Assembly: GCF_040938485.1 (NCBI RefSeq)
Contig: NW_027272261.1
Location: 1 to 64,000 of the forward strand
Length of the DNA stretch: 64,000 nucleotides
Source: Diadema antillarum
Lineage: Eukaryota
Reading direction: 5' to 3'
Positions 63,225 to 64,000 of this stretch are shown here, piece by piece; position 1 is the stretch's first letter, and every line of letters starts with the position of its first letter. The position numbers and the translations under genes were made by a program. Below the pieces are notes generated by a model, which worked only from the letters and a program-made list of their open reading frames with translations, ran no database searches and was not told where the DNA came from.

Positions 63225-63651
63225 TAATTAAGGGTTATAGGCTGTCATGCATATCACCTTTTGAATATCGTATTTTCCCCCTATCTTTTAAGAATAAGCA
63301 TACATAGTGATTAGTAGTGGATACGACACCCGCATATAATTAAGGGTTATAGGCTGTCATGTATATCACCTTTTGAATATGGGGAATGCATTAATAGCCA
63401 ATCTTGATTTAATGAATAATCCGAATTTTCGAGGATCCTTCCTCTTCTTCAGGGATGACAGTGCGAATATCGGATTATTCATTAAATCAAGATTGGCTAT
63501 TAATGCATTCCCTGCATTCCTCTGTTGTGACTTTATTATTGCTATTTCTAGTACTGCCAATACGCGGAACAACTACAACCTTTTGAATATCGTATTTTTC
63601 TCCTATCTTTTAAGAATAAGCATACATAGTGAATAGTAGTGAATACGACAC
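63225..63651 (+). repeat. ~112-bp tandem repeat whose second unit is interrupted by an insertion
   Basis: TAATTAAGGGTTATAGGCTGTCATG occurs at 63225 and 63337, and the unit resumes at 63591. Confidence 0.85.
63381..63577. mobile_element. 197-bp hairpin-containing insertion with a 13-bp target duplication
   Basis: Perfect 43-bp inverted repeat at 63382-63424 and 63470-63512. ACCTTTTGAATAT flanks the insert at 63368-63380 and 63578-63590. Confidence 0.75.
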
Positions 63652-64000
63652 CCCTGCAAATAAGAACTAATTATTACTAGTCATTCATTGTAGATTACCT
63701 TTTTATCGTTGCAAGTATCGCATTCCAACACTGGGCCGCCTGCTACTATAAGATTGCTTTTTTCTTTGCTTTCATAACCAAATACTATATGATGTAAATG
63801 TCATTTATGCGGTATATTTTTGAGAGAAATAACTATGGCAAATAATAATGCAAATGAATCTCATGTCCATGGATATCAAAAAATTAATTAACATTTTATA
63901 TCTTATCAATATATGGCTACCTAAGAAAAATCGCTTACACGCGTATGGAGATTGTACAGCTCAAATCACAATGATAATGAAAATAGGAGACAATGCACAG

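Overview
Eukaryotic, AT-rich, repeat-dense animal genomic DNA with four assembly gaps. The repeat types and GT-AG exon structure look marine-invertebrate or echinoderm-like, which is an inference. No intact protein-coding gene could be supported, and most ORFs in the track are chance or microsatellite ORFs. The main genic signal is a decayed, spliced minus-strand gene at about 0.5-6.2 kb. Its exons join in phase and translate to ankyrin-repeat-like sequence, an acidic/basic linker, ZU5-like segments and a recognisable ankyrin-type UPA domain, with many in-frame stops. Further isolated, decayed Ig-like or FN3-like exons are scattered between 10 and 47 kb. The rest is a catalogue of mobile elements. 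These include Harbinger-type and TTAA/Kolobok-type MITEs, modular foldback elements, an almost perfect 290-bp palindrome, a CORE-like tRNA SINE, a duplicated tRNA-like unit and a 5'-truncated RTE LINE with TSD and 5' fold-back. The largest is a tandem Helentron/DINE-1-like pair nested between the inverted arms of another TIR element. All translations and alignments were done by eye; no database searches were run.
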